The notes: generated from the letters alone by a model not told the origin. Shown: positions 35,389-45,339, numbered from the stretch's first letter. The stretch: DNA of 64,000 bases from Planctomycetota bacterium (GCA_038060895.1 JBBTCT010000020.1:1-64000), one strand, 5' to 3'. Made by a program: numbers and translations.

Positions 35389-36650
35389 GAAGCGACGGCT
35401 CCCTTGCTCGCTTCCAGCCCCCGGAGCGCCTCGGCCGCCTCACGGCGCTTCACGCGCCCGTAGACCATCGTGATGAGGGGCGGAAGGGCCAGAGAAAGCG
35501 CGATCGCTGTGAAGACGACCTTGTCCATGCCGACGAGCGAGCGGTCGGGGGCTTCGCGGAGGAGAGAGGACGCGAGCCCGGCGCAGACGGAAGCGGAGAG
35601 GTGCTGCACGGCGGACTGGGCGGACATGAAGCTCGCGCGCTGGTGGGCGAGCGGGACGCGCGTGGAGAGGGAGTTCATGGGGACGTTTCGGAAGGACATG
35701 CCGAGCATGAACCAGACGAAGATGAGCATGACGGGAAGGGGGCCGACGTGGGCGTACCCGAACCAGAGAACGGCGACGAAGACGACGGTGCCGATCGTGG
35801 AAACAGGGGGCGGTCCGAAACGGTCGACGAGGCGGCCGATGGCGGGCATGGCGAGGAAGGAGAGTGCGCCGCCGGCCATGTAGAGCCAGCCGAGGTGGGC
35901 GCGGGGGTAGTGGTAGTTGAACTGCAGGAACGGCGAGATGTTCGGGATCACCATGAAGGCGGCGCCGTAGACGGTCGCGACGGCGGCGAGAGCGGCGAGC
36001 GCCGCGGGGTCGCGGAAGACGGAGAGCATGCCGGAGCCGGCGGGGCGCGGATGCGCAAGGTGGCCCTTCATCACGGGCATCAGGAACACCGCTCCGGCCG
36101 CGACCGCGAACCCCAGCGCCGCGACGCAGAAAAACGGCGCGCGCCAGTCGGCCAGGCGCGCGAGCTCGAGCCCGGCCGGCACGCCGATGACGCTCGCGAC
36201 CGAGAACGCCGCCATGACCGCACCCATGGCTCTTCCCCGCCGCGACGGCGGGATCACGTCCGCAATGATCGAGAGCGAGATCGACGTCGCCGGCCCGCCG
36301 AACGCCCCCGCCGCGATGCGCGCGGCCATGAGCGTCTTGAGGCCGATCGCAAACCCCCCGGCCGCCGTCCCGATCACCAGCCCCAGCATCGCGACCGCCA
36401 GCGCCTTCCGGCGGTCGAACCGGTCGAGAAACAGACTGCAGACGATTCCCGATACCGCGGCCGCCCCCGTATAGGCGCCGCCGATCCACCCGATGTGAGA
36501 ATTCGGAATGCCCAGCTTCACGCCGAAATCCGGCCCCAGCGGCATCACCATCATGAAGTCCAGGATGTTCACGAACTGCACCGCGCCGATGAGGAAGAGG
36601 ATGCTGCGCTCGGAGCGGGGGGGCGCGGGATGCTGGGGAAACTGAATCAC
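35385..36650 (-). CDS. MFS transporter
   Basis: QFVNILDFMMVMPLGP, DRFDRRK, GRLVDRFG; about 12 TM. Confidence 0.92.
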   Translation of the reverse strand: MIQFPQHPAPPRSERSILFLIGAVQFVNILDFMMVMPLGPDFGVKLGIPNSHIGWIGGAYTGAAAVSGIVCSLFLDRFDRRKALAVAMLGLVIGTAAGGFAIGLKTLMAARIAAGAFGGPATSISLSIIADVIPPSRRGRAMGAVMAAFSVASVIGVPAGLELARLADWRAPFFCVAALGFAVAAGAVFLMPVMKGHLAHPRPAGSGMLSVFRDPAALAALAAVATVYGAAFMVIPNISPFLQFNYHYPRAHLGWLYMAGGALSFLAMPAIGRLVDRFGPPPVSTIGTVVFVAVLWFGYAHVGPLPVMLIFVWFMLGMSFRNVPMNSLSTRVPLAHQRASFMSAQSAVQHLSASVCAGLASSLLREAPDRSLVGMDKVVFTAIALSLALPPLITMVYGRVKRREAAEALRGLEASKGAVAS

Positions 36651-36737
36651 GGATTGCGCACGATACGACTCAGCGTTCCGGCGGCTTAAGATTTCTTCCG
36701 ACGGGTGCTTCCACCCGACCGGCGCCGCTCCCGCAGG

Positions 36738-39668
36738 TCACCGGCCCCCGAGCCGGACGGCCACCGCGGTCCGGACACCGAATCCGTTTCCCGGCCCGTT
36801 GATGACGCCGCCCTGGTGAAGCGTCGTGCGGCCGATCACGAAGGGGCGGTTCCACGAGCTGCCGCGGCGGCACCGCCACTTTCGGTACCCCTCGCCCGCG
36901 TCGCTCAGGCAGTAGCATGTGGCGTTTCCGCTGAGGCCCCGGATCCCCCAGGGGGACTCGTCCCACGGGAAGGAATCGACCGGCGCGGGGGCGGAAGCGT
37001 CCGGCTTCGACTGGTTCGAGCAGGACAGGGCGGCGAACCCGTGGTCCCCCCAGACGTAGCGCCGGAGCCCTGCGCCGCGCGCCGCGCGCTCCCAGAGGTA
37101 GCGCGAGGGAGTCGTGAAGAGCCACCCGGTTTTCCCGGAACGCCCGCGGACGAAGTGCTGCGCGTCCGTCCACGAGAGCCCCAGCACGGGCCATTCTTCT
37201 TCCCAATCCGCTCCGCAGTTCTCCAGCCGCGCCGCACGCGCCTGCTCCGAGTCCGGCGCCGCAGCCATCCATGCCGCAGTCGGCACCACCCAGCCCGAGG
37301 CGCTTCGCGGCCAGAACCACCCCGCCCGCTCCGCCGCGCGCGGCGCATGGTTCCGTGCTTCGCCCGGATCGCGCTTTTCGAGATCGTTCAGCCAGGCGGC
37401 GTACTCGCGGCACGTCACAGGGAAATGCGCGAGAAACGCATCCTCGACATCGGCCATGCGGCGCGGGGGGTCGAGCTGGCCGGTTTCGCTGATGCTCTGG
37501 AATCGTCCGCCGAGGACCGGAATGTGGCCGGGGGGGATTTCCTCGGGCGAGAAGAGAGTGGCTTCGACAACGCAATCTTCGCCGCGGCGGATTTCAAACG
37601 GCACGCGCTGGGGAAAACGGTCGGGCGCGACGACGATGAGGAGCCCCTCGCCACGCGGCCACGGCCGGCGTGCGACGGGCGTCCTCCCGAGGTACCACCC
37701 GGGGCCGCGAGGGCGGAACGGCGAACGACCGAAGAGCGCTTCCAGCACCGCCGTGGGAACCGGGGGACCGGGCGGCGCATTCTTCGGGGTCTCCGGTAGC
37801 AGGCGCCTGTGCTCCGACACGTAATGGAAGGCCCACACTTCCGCGCCGGCCACCTCCTGAGGCCGGCACGACGCCACGTGAACCCGCAGCCGCTTCGGCG
37901 CATCGCGCTCCAGCTCCGGAAGGCAATCCGTGTCGACGCCATCCAGCCGCCGGCCGGACCAGGGGTGATACCCCTCGACGGAAAGCTCGTGCGGGGCGAC
38001 GTCTCTCCCCTCGACGAGACAGCGGCATGGGTACGCCCGCGTCCGAAGCGAAATTGCCCCTTCGTCGCGCAGCCGCTCCGTGAACGCTCCGTCGTTGAAC
38101 GCCACGACGCGCCGGCGGGCAAGAATCTCGCCACGCCAGTCGTCGTGTTGCTCCGCGTCGAGGAAGCGCTCCCAGTGGACTTCCGCTTTGAGTACGCGCG
38201 CTTCGGCGTGGTCGGGAAGCAGCGACAGCGCTCCGTCGAACGCGTCGTCCGCGTCGGCCAGCGCCTGCACGCTCTCCAGTTCCAGCTGATTCGCGCGGTC
38301 CTCCAGCCCGAACGCCTCCGCGTGCGCCTCGACCGGCGCGCCCGGCGGCACCCGCCGCTCTTCGTCGTCCGCCTGCTTCTTCGCCGCCGCCGCGTCCGCC
38401 GACAGAGACTTCCACCGCGCCAGCGAGGCCTTGCCCTCGTTCATGCGCTCCGCCGCGAGCCGCTCGCGACGGTCGCGCTCCGTGGTGCCTTCCAGCCAGG
38501 CGTCCAGGTCGATCTGAAGCGCCCGCGCCGACGGATGCCGGTCCGTGGACTGGTACGCCATCGCCTTCAGGCAGATCGCCTCCAGGTCCGGCGGGCACGC
38601 GTTGAACTTCGACGGCGGGTCCAGCTTCCCATTGACCACCCGCGACACGACTTCCACCGCCGTCCCGCCATCGTGCGGCGGCCGACCGGTCAGGACTTCG
38701 TAGAGCGTCGCGCCGAGCGCGTAGACGTCGCTTCGCTCGTCGATTGCCGTCAGCCATCCCATCGCCTGCTCCGGCGGCATATACGCCGGCGTCCCGAGGA
38801 TGTCCCCTTCGAGCGTGAGGTTCGCGGTCTCCTCCTGCTTCGCGATCCGCCCAGGGCGAGCGGCTGCCGTGGAAGCGCGCCGGAGCTGGCTCGGGCGGTC
38901 CTCCTCGCCGAGAAGCCGCGCGAGCCCCCAGTCCACGACCAGCACTTCGCCGAAATCGCCCAGCATGATGTTCGCGGGCTTGAGATCCCGGTGCACCACT
39001 CCCTGCGAATGCGCGTACGCCACCGCCCGGCACGCGTCGCGGACGGCCTCCACGAGCTTCCGAAGCGGCCGGCCTTCCGCAATCGCCCACCCCAGGTCGC
39101 GCCCTACGATCTTCTTCATGCACAGGAACGATTCCTTCGTCGAAGGAAGCACCCCGACTTCGTGCACGGTGACGATGTTCGGGTGGTCGAAGCGCCCCGT
39201 GATGCGGGCTTCCCAGCGGAAACGCTCGAGCAGGTCCCCCGGGGCGTCTTCCAGCATGAGTTTCAGCGCGACCTTGCGACCAAGCTCGCGGTCCATTGCC
39301 TCGACCACGCGCCCGACCCCGCCGCGCCCGAGTTCCGCGCCGAGCTCGTACTTCTGGTCGTGCGCCTCCGCAGGCGCTTCCGGCGCCGCGGGTCGCGGAC
39401 GCCGGAGCGCGACCAGCGTCTCCCGCAGCGCCGGCGACATCGGCGCGACCGTGCTCGTCTGCGCGTGCTCCCACTCCGCGACCAGCGCCCCCAGCTCCGC
39501 CAGCTGCGCCTCCGTCAGGTACCGCGCTTCCACCAGCAGCTTCCCCACGTCCATCGAGGGCGTCGCCATCCACATCGCCGTCGCTTCCATAAGCCGTTCG
39601 CGGGAGAGCCAGCCGCGCTGGAACGCGAGCAGGGCGAGCAGCAGAGGGCCGGGCACGGGGGCGGACAT
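36738..39668 (-). CDS. Ser/Thr kinase-PEGA-FGE/CLec protein, paralog 2
   Basis: LGRGGVG, HRDLKPAN, DWG, GTPAYMPPE; PVTCREY, WERAARG, SPWGIRGLSGN, RGSSW. Confidence 0.92.
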   Translation of the reverse strand: MSAPVPGPLLLALLAFQRGWLSRERLMEATAMWMATPSMDVGKLLVEARYLTEAQLAELGALVAEWEHAQTSTVAPMSPALRETLVALRRPRPAAPEAPAEAHDQKYELGAELGRGGVGRVVEAMDRELGRKVALKLMLEDAPGDLLERFRWEARITGRFDHPNIVTVHEVGVLPSTKESFLCMKKIVGRDLGWAIAEGRPLRKLVEAVRDACRAVAYAHSQGVVHRDLKPANIMLGDFGEVLVVDWGLARLLGEEDRPSQLRRASTAAARPGRIAKQEETANLTLEGDILGTPAYMPPEQAMGWLTAIDERSDVYALGATLYEVLTGRPPHDGGTAVEVVSRVVNGKLDPPSKFNACPPDLEAICLKAMAYQSTDRHPSARALQIDLDAWLEGTTERDRRERLAAERMNEGKASLARWKSLSADAAAAKKQADDEERRVPPGAPVEAHAEAFGLEDRANQLELESVQALADADDAFDGALSLLPDHAEARVLKAEVHWERFLDAEQHDDWRGEILARRRVVAFNDGAFTERLRDEGAISLRTRAYPCRCLVEGRDVAPHELSVEGYHPWSGRRLDGVDTDCLPELERDAPKRLRVHVASCRPQEVAGAEVWAFHYVSEHRRLLPETPKNAPPGPPVPTAVLEALFGRSPFRPRGPGWYLGRTPVARRPWPRGEGLLIVVAPDRFPQRVPFEIRRGEDCVVEATLFSPEEIPPGHIPVLGGRFQSISETGQLDPPRRMADVEDAFLAHFPVTCREYAAWLNDLEKRDPGEARNHAPRAAERAGWFWPRSASGWVVPTAAWMAAAPDSEQARAARLENCGADWEEEWPVLGLSWTDAQHFVRGRSGKTGWLFTTPSRYLWERAARGAGLRRYVWGDHGFAALSCSNQSKPDASAPAPVDSFPWDESPWGIRGLSGNATCYCLSDAGEGYRKWRCRRGSSWNRPFVIGRTTLHQGGVINGPGNGFGVRTAVAVRLGGR

Positions 39669-39744
39669 GGAGCGCGAATCGTGGCGATTTTGGGGGGGCG
39701 GGTCAAGCGGGGGTCGAGCGGCCTACGCCCTTGACCTGAACACT

Positions 39745-40923
39745 TCATGGCACTTGCCGTTTCCTCACGCCGAATCCCTTGGGACCCGCAAGCGCATCCA
39801 CGCCCTCGTCCCGGATCGGCCCCCCCTCCGTCCGAGCGAACAAGTCCGCCAACGACGTCGCATCGCCGACGTCCGTCGCCTCCTGCCCCCTGGAACGAAG
39901 CCACTCCGTCGCGACGACGCGGGGGAGCAGAGGGAAACGAACATGCGCGACGCAGCGCCCGGAACGGAGGAACGCAGGGTCGATCTGCTCGACTTCCTCG
40001 TTGAAAGTAATGAGGAAGAGATCTTCTCGCCCCTGTCCGAGCAGCCCATCCGTCATGTTGAGCAGCCGGCCGAGGACGTCCGATCCACTTTCGCCATGCC
40101 GGAACAGGAGCGAAGCCGAGTCTTCGAGGATGAAGAGCCTGCGCCGGGCCGGCGCTCTTTCGACACGCTCGTGCGCAAGCCCGTCGAGCACATCGTCGAT
40201 GTCCTCGAAGCCCGCGGACCTTTCCAGCGGATCGCTGGCCAGATCAAAGTAGTACTCCGGATGTTTCGCAAACTTCTCCGGGTCGGCGAGCACGGTCGGC
40301 ACGTACTGCGTCCGCCACGAACGCATCAGGGCACGCAGCGCAAAGGTCTTCCCCGTCCCGGTTGGCCCGTGCCAGACGATGAGCTGTCCGCGTTTCCGCG
40401 GATCGGGAAGCGCGAGAAGTGCGTCCACAGCGGCTCGGGTAGCGTCGGCGTAGTTTCCGCGGATCGCCTCCCATTCCGGGCAGCGCACAAACTGCGACAC
40501 GTTTCGAGTGCCGTACTCCTCCAGGACACAGAAGTCCGCCCAGACGCCGTCGGCGCGCTCCTCATTTTCTTTCGGCGACCTGGGCCCGAGGAGTCGAAGG
40601 ACCTCGTCGATCAGCGCCTGCACATCGTTCGAAGCGCTCAATCCCTCGATGTGCGCTCTTCCCCGGGCAAATTGGATTTCGACGACGTCTCCCCCGCGCT
40701 TTAGCGAAATCCTCCAGGTCTTCTCGCCGACGGAGAGGTCGAACCACTCGAACCCCTTGAGCAGGTCGACGACATCCTGCCAGGTCGCTGCAGGGTCGAA
40801 GCGGATGTCGCGGGTCGCGACGGATCGAGGCAGGAATTCTCCGAGTGACTCGCCGTACGTTCTGTGGCGAAAGTGTTCCTGCCACATCGCTGACGACAGG
40901 CTGAGACGGACATGGGGAGGCAT
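39745..40923 (-). CDS. AAA+ ATPase (BCS1/DUF5925-like)
   Basis: Walker A HGPTGTGKT, Walker B LFILED, LLNMTDGLLGQG, ITFN...IDPAFLRSGR. Confidence 0.85.
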   Translation of the reverse strand: MPPHVRLSLSSAMWQEHFRHRTYGESLGEFLPRSVATRDIRFDPAATWQDVVDLLKGFEWFDLSVGEKTWRISLKRGGDVVEIQFARGRAHIEGLSASNDVQALIDEVLRLLGPRSPKENEERADGVWADFCVLEEYGTRNVSQFVRCPEWEAIRGNYADATRAAVDALLALPDPRKRGQLIVWHGPTGTGKTFALRALMRSWRTQYVPTVLADPEKFAKHPEYYFDLASDPLERSAGFEDIDDVLDGLAHERVERAPARRRLFILEDSASLLFRHGESGSDVLGRLLNMTDGLLGQGREDLFLITFNEEVEQIDPAFLRSGRCVAHVRFPLLPRVVATEWLRSRGQEATDVGDATSLADLFARTEGGPIRDEGVDALAGPKGFGVRKRQVP

Positions 40924-41970
40924 TTATTTCTCCGGTTCAGGAGGAGTTAGGGAAAGGTCTTCCGACCTTGGAAGCGCGCCGCGCAGGTTCCTGGGCAGGG
41001 ATTCCACGATCCTTGTTCTCCATTCCGCGACGCCGATGGGCTTGTCGATGTCGCGAAGTGCGTATTCGACCGTGATGCGATCCCTGCCCCCGGCCAGGAT
41101 CAGCCCGATGGTCGGCGCGTCGGACTCGTGCCGCATCCGGTCGTCCACCAAGGAGAGATGGAAGTTCAGCTTGCCGGCATGTTCCGGCTCGAAGTCCCCG
41201 GTCTTGAGGTCGACGACGATGAAGCAGCGGAGCTTGAGGTGATAGAAGAGAAGGTCGATGGTATAGGTCTTGCCCGCGAGGTCGAACGTGACTTGCCGGC
41301 CCACGAAGGCGAAGCCGATACCGAGTTCCAGAAGCAGCTTCTGGACGTGATCGATCAGGCCTTTCTCGAGTTCTCGTTCTTTCGCGTCTCCCGAAAGCGT
41401 CAGGAAGTCGAAGTTGTAGGGATCCTTGAGGAGTTGCTGCGCCAGATCGGACTGAGGTGAGGGCAACGTCTGGGCAAAGTTGGTTATGGCCTTGCCTTCA
41501 CGGTCATGAAGGCGCGACTCGATCTGATACTGCAGGATCGCGCGCGACCAGCCGTGCTCGAGGGCCCTTCGGGCGTACCAGGACCGGATCTCTGGATCCT
41601 TGAGCTTCGTAAGCAGCGAAAGGTTATGCCCCCACGGCAATTGTCTAACAGGCTGTTGGACTATTTCGAGATCGGGCCATGCCTCGGCAAAGGCTCTCAT
41701 GAAAAGGAGGTTGGCCCGGGAGAAGCCGCGCATGTCCGGGAACTCCTTGCGAAGATCCTTGGCGAGCCGATCGACGACTTTGGATCCCCACCCTTCCGCG
41801 CGCTGCGAAAGAAGGATGCTTCGCTCGATGCTCCAGTGCAGCATGACCAATTCCGTGTTAACGGCCGTCGCAGCCTTGATTTGCGCGATGCGAACGCGGG
41901 ACTTGAGGTCCGCGAGAAGAGGGCCGTAGCCCGGTGGAAGAGCCGGTGGAGGATGCGGGCTCGGTGGCAA
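40924..41970 (-). CDS. YhcG/DUF1016 PD-(D/E)xK nuclease family protein
   Basis: AVNTELVMLHWSI, GFSRANLLFMR, QLPWGHN, LKDPYNFDFL, IDLLFYHLKLRCFIVVDLK, PTIGLIL. The start is uncertain; TTG at 41970 was chosen. Confidence 0.9.
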   Translation of the reverse strand: MPPSPHPPPALPPGYGPLLADLKSRVRIAQIKAATAVNTELVMLHWSIERSILLSQRAEGWGSKVVDRLAKDLRKEFPDMRGFSRANLLFMRAFAEAWPDLEIVQQPVRQLPWGHNLSLLTKLKDPEIRSWYARRALEHGWSRAILQYQIESRLHDREGKAITNFAQTLPSPQSDLAQQLLKDPYNFDFLTLSGDAKERELEKGLIDHVQKLLLELGIGFAFVGRQVTFDLAGKTYTIDLLFYHLKLRCFIVVDLKTGDFEPEHAGKLNFHLSLVDDRMRHESDAPTIGLILAGGRDRITVEYALRDIDKPIGVAEWRTRIVESLPRNLRGALPRSEDLSLTPPEPEK

Positions 41971-42225
41971 GAGGACGCCCTCTTCGCTGAACTCCCGCCT
42001 GCGCAAGCGGGTCAGTGAAAAGCAGGCCGCCGAGGTTGCCGGGTAGGATGAGGCGGGCGGCTGCGTTCGAAGGGCGCGAGAACCTGCAGGAAAATTCCGG
42101 GTTTGCCTCACTTCAAGGTGCCCGCAGGTGGTCATCCAAATATTAGCCTATGTTTGTATTATGTCAAGTTATATTTAGTAATATGTTGCATTCTTCCTTG
42201 ACTCGAACTGTGACTTCCAACGGGC

Positions 42226-42324
42226 GCTTCCCCACGTCCATCCTCGGCGTCGCCATCCACATCGCCGTGGCTTCCATCAGCAGCTCGCCCGACAACCAGC
42301 CGCGCTGGAACGCGAATCGTGGCG
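42226..42324 (-). pseudogene. Duplicated fragment of the 5' end of kinase paralog 2
   Basis: 42226-42315 aligns ungapped with 39539-39628, and 42311-42324 (CGCGAATCGTGGCG) matches 39673-39686. Confidence 0.8.
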
Positions 42325-42360
42325 GTGATCCACCGCTTCGAGGAAGTACATTGGAAGCGC

Positions 42361-43767
42361 ATGGGCATCCTCCTGAACGACGTGCATTCCCGCCTGAACC
42401 CCACCGAAGTGGCGAGCGTGCGCACGCCGGGTTCGGAGGACGAAGTGTGCGCGATCGTGGCCGAGGCTCGCCGGACGGGCGCCCGGATCTCGGTGAGCGG
42501 CGGGCGTCACTCGATGGGCGGGCAGCAGTTCGGGGCGGGCACGATTCACGTCGACTGTCGCGGGCTGCAGGAGGTCCGCGCGTTCGATGCGGATCGCGGG
42601 CTTCTCGAGATCGGCGCTGGCGCGCTATGGCCGCGGATCATCGACGCGACTTACGAAGCGCAGCCCGGGGAGGTCAAGCGCTGGGGGATCCGCCAGAAGC
42701 AGACTGGGGCCGACGACCTGACGTTGGCCGGAGCCATCTCCGCCAACGCTCACGGCCGCGGCCTGAACATGCAGCCGATCGTCGACGACATCGAGGACGT
42801 CACGGTCGTGACGCCGGCCGGCGACCTCGTGCGGGCGAGCCGAAGCGAAAACCCGGAGCTCTTCTCGCTCGTCGCTGGCGGCTACGGGCTCTTCGGTATC
42901 CTCGTTCGCGCGACGCTACGACTCGGTCCCCGCCTGAAACTGCGCCGCCTGGTCGACATCGTGGACATCGACGACGCGATGACCGCCGTGGGCCGCAAGG
43001 TCGACGACGGATGCCTCTTCGGCGACTTCCAGTACGCGATCGACCCCAACGACGACTCGTTCCTGCGGCGGGGGGTTTTCACCTGCTACAAACCCGTGCC
43101 CGCGGAAACGCCGATCTCAGAAGCGGGCGCCGACCTGCGCCGCGAGGACTGGCTGGGCCTGCTGCGCCTCGCCCACACGAACAAGCCCGAGGCCTTCCGC
43201 CTCTACGCCCGGCACTACCTCGACACGCACGGGCGCATCTACTGGTCCGACACGATGCAGCGCTCGACGTACATCCCGACGTACGCGGAGTTCCTTGCGG
43301 AAGCGCTCGGCCGCGAGAGCCCGGAGTCGCTGATGATCACCGAGCTGTACGTCCCTCCCGAGGGCGTCGTCCCGTTCATGGGCCGCGCCCGCGCCGTCCT
43401 TCGGGCGACCGGCGTCGAGGACATCTACGGCACGATCCGCGCAATCCGCCGCGACACGTCGTCGTTCCTGCCGTGGGCCCGCGGCGACTGGGCCTGCGTG
43501 ATCTTCAACCTCCGCACCCCCCACACCCCCGAGGGCATCGACCGTAGCCGCCGCACCGCGCGCGGCCTGATCAACGCCGCGGCCGACCTCGGCGGCTCTT
43601 TCTTCCTCGCCTACCACCGCTGGACGACCCGCGAACTGCTCCTCCGCTGCCACCCGCGCCTCCCGGAATTCCTGGCCGCGAAGCGCCGCCTCGATCCCGA
43701 CGACCGGCTCGTCAGCGACTGGCTGCGAGGCATCCGTGAAATCCTGGAACCGGGCGCCCCGGCATGA
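42361..43767 (+). CDS. FAD-binding oxidoreductase (VAO/PCMH family, DprE1-like)
   Basis: GGRHSMGGQQF, LTLAGAISANAHGRG, ELFSLVAGGYGLFGI, GGSFFLAYH, KRRLDP. Confidence 0.88.
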   Translation: MGILLNDVHSRLNPTEVASVRTPGSEDEVCAIVAEARRTGARISVSGGRHSMGGQQFGAGTIHVDCRGLQEVRAFDADRGLLEIGAGALWPRIIDATYEAQPGEVKRWGIRQKQTGADDLTLAGAISANAHGRGLNMQPIVDDIEDVTVVTPAGDLVRASRSENPELFSLVAGGYGLFGILVRATLRLGPRLKLRRLVDIVDIDDAMTAVGRKVDDGCLFGDFQYAIDPNDDSFLRRGVFTCYKPVPAETPISEAGADLRREDWLGLLRLAHTNKPEAFRLYARHYLDTHGRIYWSDTMQRSTYIPTYAEFLAEALGRESPESLMITELYVPPEGVVPFMGRARAVLRATGVEDIYGTIRAIRRDTSSFLPWARGDWACVIFNLRTPHTPEGIDRSRRTARGLINAAADLGGSFFLAYHRWTTRELLLRCHPRLPEFLAAKRRLDPDDRLVSDWLRGIREILEPGAPA

Positions 43768-44651
43768 AATCCGGCGAGCCCAGCGCCACCGCGAGGCTCA
43801 TCGCCGCCGCGACGATCTATTCTTCGATTCGCACAGACCAATCCGCGCTCGTTCCAAAGGAAGCGGCCACCTGGTGCGAACGCCTCCTCGCCGCGTCACC
43901 GGGCGGCCGCCGATGGCTCAAGTCCGTGCGCAGCCCGGTGGACCGGGCGTTTTTCTCCCTGATCGAGAAGTTCACGCTCCCGGGCATCACGCGCCACTAT
44001 CAGCTCCGCAAACGCTGGATCGAGCGCGCCTGGAAGCAGGCGCTCGACCTCGGCTTCCGCCAACTCCTCGTCCTCGGCGCAGGCCTGGACACGCTGACGC
44101 TCCGCGAGGCCGAACGCGACCCCACCCTCCGCCTCGTCGAGGTCGATCACCCCGCGACGCAGACGGTGAAGCAGCAAGCGTTTCAATTGCACGGCCTGAC
44201 GGGACGTGTCCGCCTCGTCCCGGCCGATCTCTCGCTCACCTCCCTGGCGGAGGCGCTCGCGGGCAACCTGGAACTCGACAAGCCCATGTTCGTCGTCGCG
44301 GAAGGCCTGCTCATGTACCTCGACGAGTCGCGCGTCCGCGCGCTCATGAGAGCCGTGGCGGAACTGCCCGTGCCCCGGGTCCAATTCGCGATGACCCACA
44401 TGGATGGCCCCGCCGGCTTCACGCCCCACAGCCGCCTCGTCGACCTCTGGCTGCGCTTCCGCAGCGAGCCGTTCCGCTGGTCGGCGTCGGACGCCGAAGT
44501 ACGCGCGATGCTGGAACAATGCGGCTGGCGCGTGATGCGGCAGGTTCGGGGGGAGGAGATTGCGCGAGAACTGGGTCTTTCGGAGGCGCGGGAGCTGAAG
44601 GGGGAGAACATCGCGCTGGCGGAAAAAAGCGCCAACGAGCTCAAATCGTGA
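43764..44651 (+). CDS. SAM-dependent methyltransferase, LCM/TcmP-like
   Basis: ATGA overlap; PSATA, QLLVLGAGLDT, EVDHPATQ, VAEGLLMYL. Confidence 0.88.
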   Translation: MKSGEPSATARLIAAATIYSSIRTDQSALVPKEAATWCERLLAASPGGRRWLKSVRSPVDRAFFSLIEKFTLPGITRHYQLRKRWIERAWKQALDLGFRQLLVLGAGLDTLTLREAERDPTLRLVEVDHPATQTVKQQAFQLHGLTGRVRLVPADLSLTSLAEALAGNLELDKPMFVVAEGLLMYLDESRVRALMRAVAELPVPRVQFAMTHMDGPAGFTPHSRLVDLWLRFRSEPFRWSASDAEVRAMLEQCGWRVMRQVRGEEIARELGLSEARELKGENIALAEKSANELKS

Positions 44652-44708
44652 TGGTCGGGCTCCTGGCTGAAGTGAGTGGTTTGCTCTCTGGGAAGCGACG
44701 GGGATATC

Positions 44709-45191
44709 ATGACGGTCATGACGACACCTCCCGTGCGCTGCGAGTCTTGCGGACAGAATCAGGGAACGGTGCGTGTGGCCCACATCGAGTACGAGAAAGT
44801 GGAGCACGAGCGCCTTCTCTGCCACGACTGCGCCGTCAAGGAGGGAGTGCTCGGAAGAGCCCGCTCGCGAACTTTCGAAGAACTGGCAGGCACTCTCAAG
44901 GACATCGAGAAGCTCCTCGCATTCATGAAGCGCAATCACGCCTCCGAGCTGCGAATCGTTGCCGACGCCCGGCCTTCGTTCCAGGTCAACGGTTCATGGG
45001 TTTCCGTCGGGAATCGCCCTCTCTCCGACGGCGAAATCCGCAGAATGTTCGCTGAAGTGAAAGCGGCTGACCCCTTCGTCGCCGGCACGGATGTCTCCGT
45101 GTCCTGCACCGTGCCCAGCTACGGAACCTTCCTTGTCCGCGCGTCTCTCGTCGACGGCAAGCCGGGGTTCTCGGCTGTACCCCAGCCGTGA
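44709..45191 (+). CDS. McsA-like Zn finger fused to a PilT N-terminal-like domain
   Basis: CESC...LCHDCA; DIEKLLAFMKRNHASELRIVADARPSFQVNG...PLSDGEIRRM...VPSYGTF. Confidence 0.65.
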   Translation: MTVMTTPPVRCESCGQNQGTVRVAHIEYEKVEHERLLCHDCAVKEGVLGRARSRTFEELAGTLKDIEKLLAFMKRNHASELRIVADARPSFQVNGSWVSVGNRPLSDGEIRRMFAEVKAADPFVAGTDVSVSCTVPSYGTFLVRASLVDGKPGFSAVPQP

Positions 45192-45339
45192 CGGCGCTTC
45201 ACCGCTTCCCAACGCGGAGCTTCGTCAGACGCGTCCAGCCCGAAACCCGCGGCGGCAAGGCGGTTCCATTCTTCCCGAACGTAGGACGACCGTCCGCCGC
45301 GGAGGCGAATTCAGCGTTCCTATGAGCAGCGTGCTTCCA

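Noticed and set aside
37594-40704. Long alternative-frame ORFs here and over other large genes (e.g. 58874-61324, 61673-63673, 46617-48605)
   Set aside because: Shadow ORFs expected in high-GC DNA: Arg/Pro/Ala-rich, motif-free and overlapping well-supported genes.
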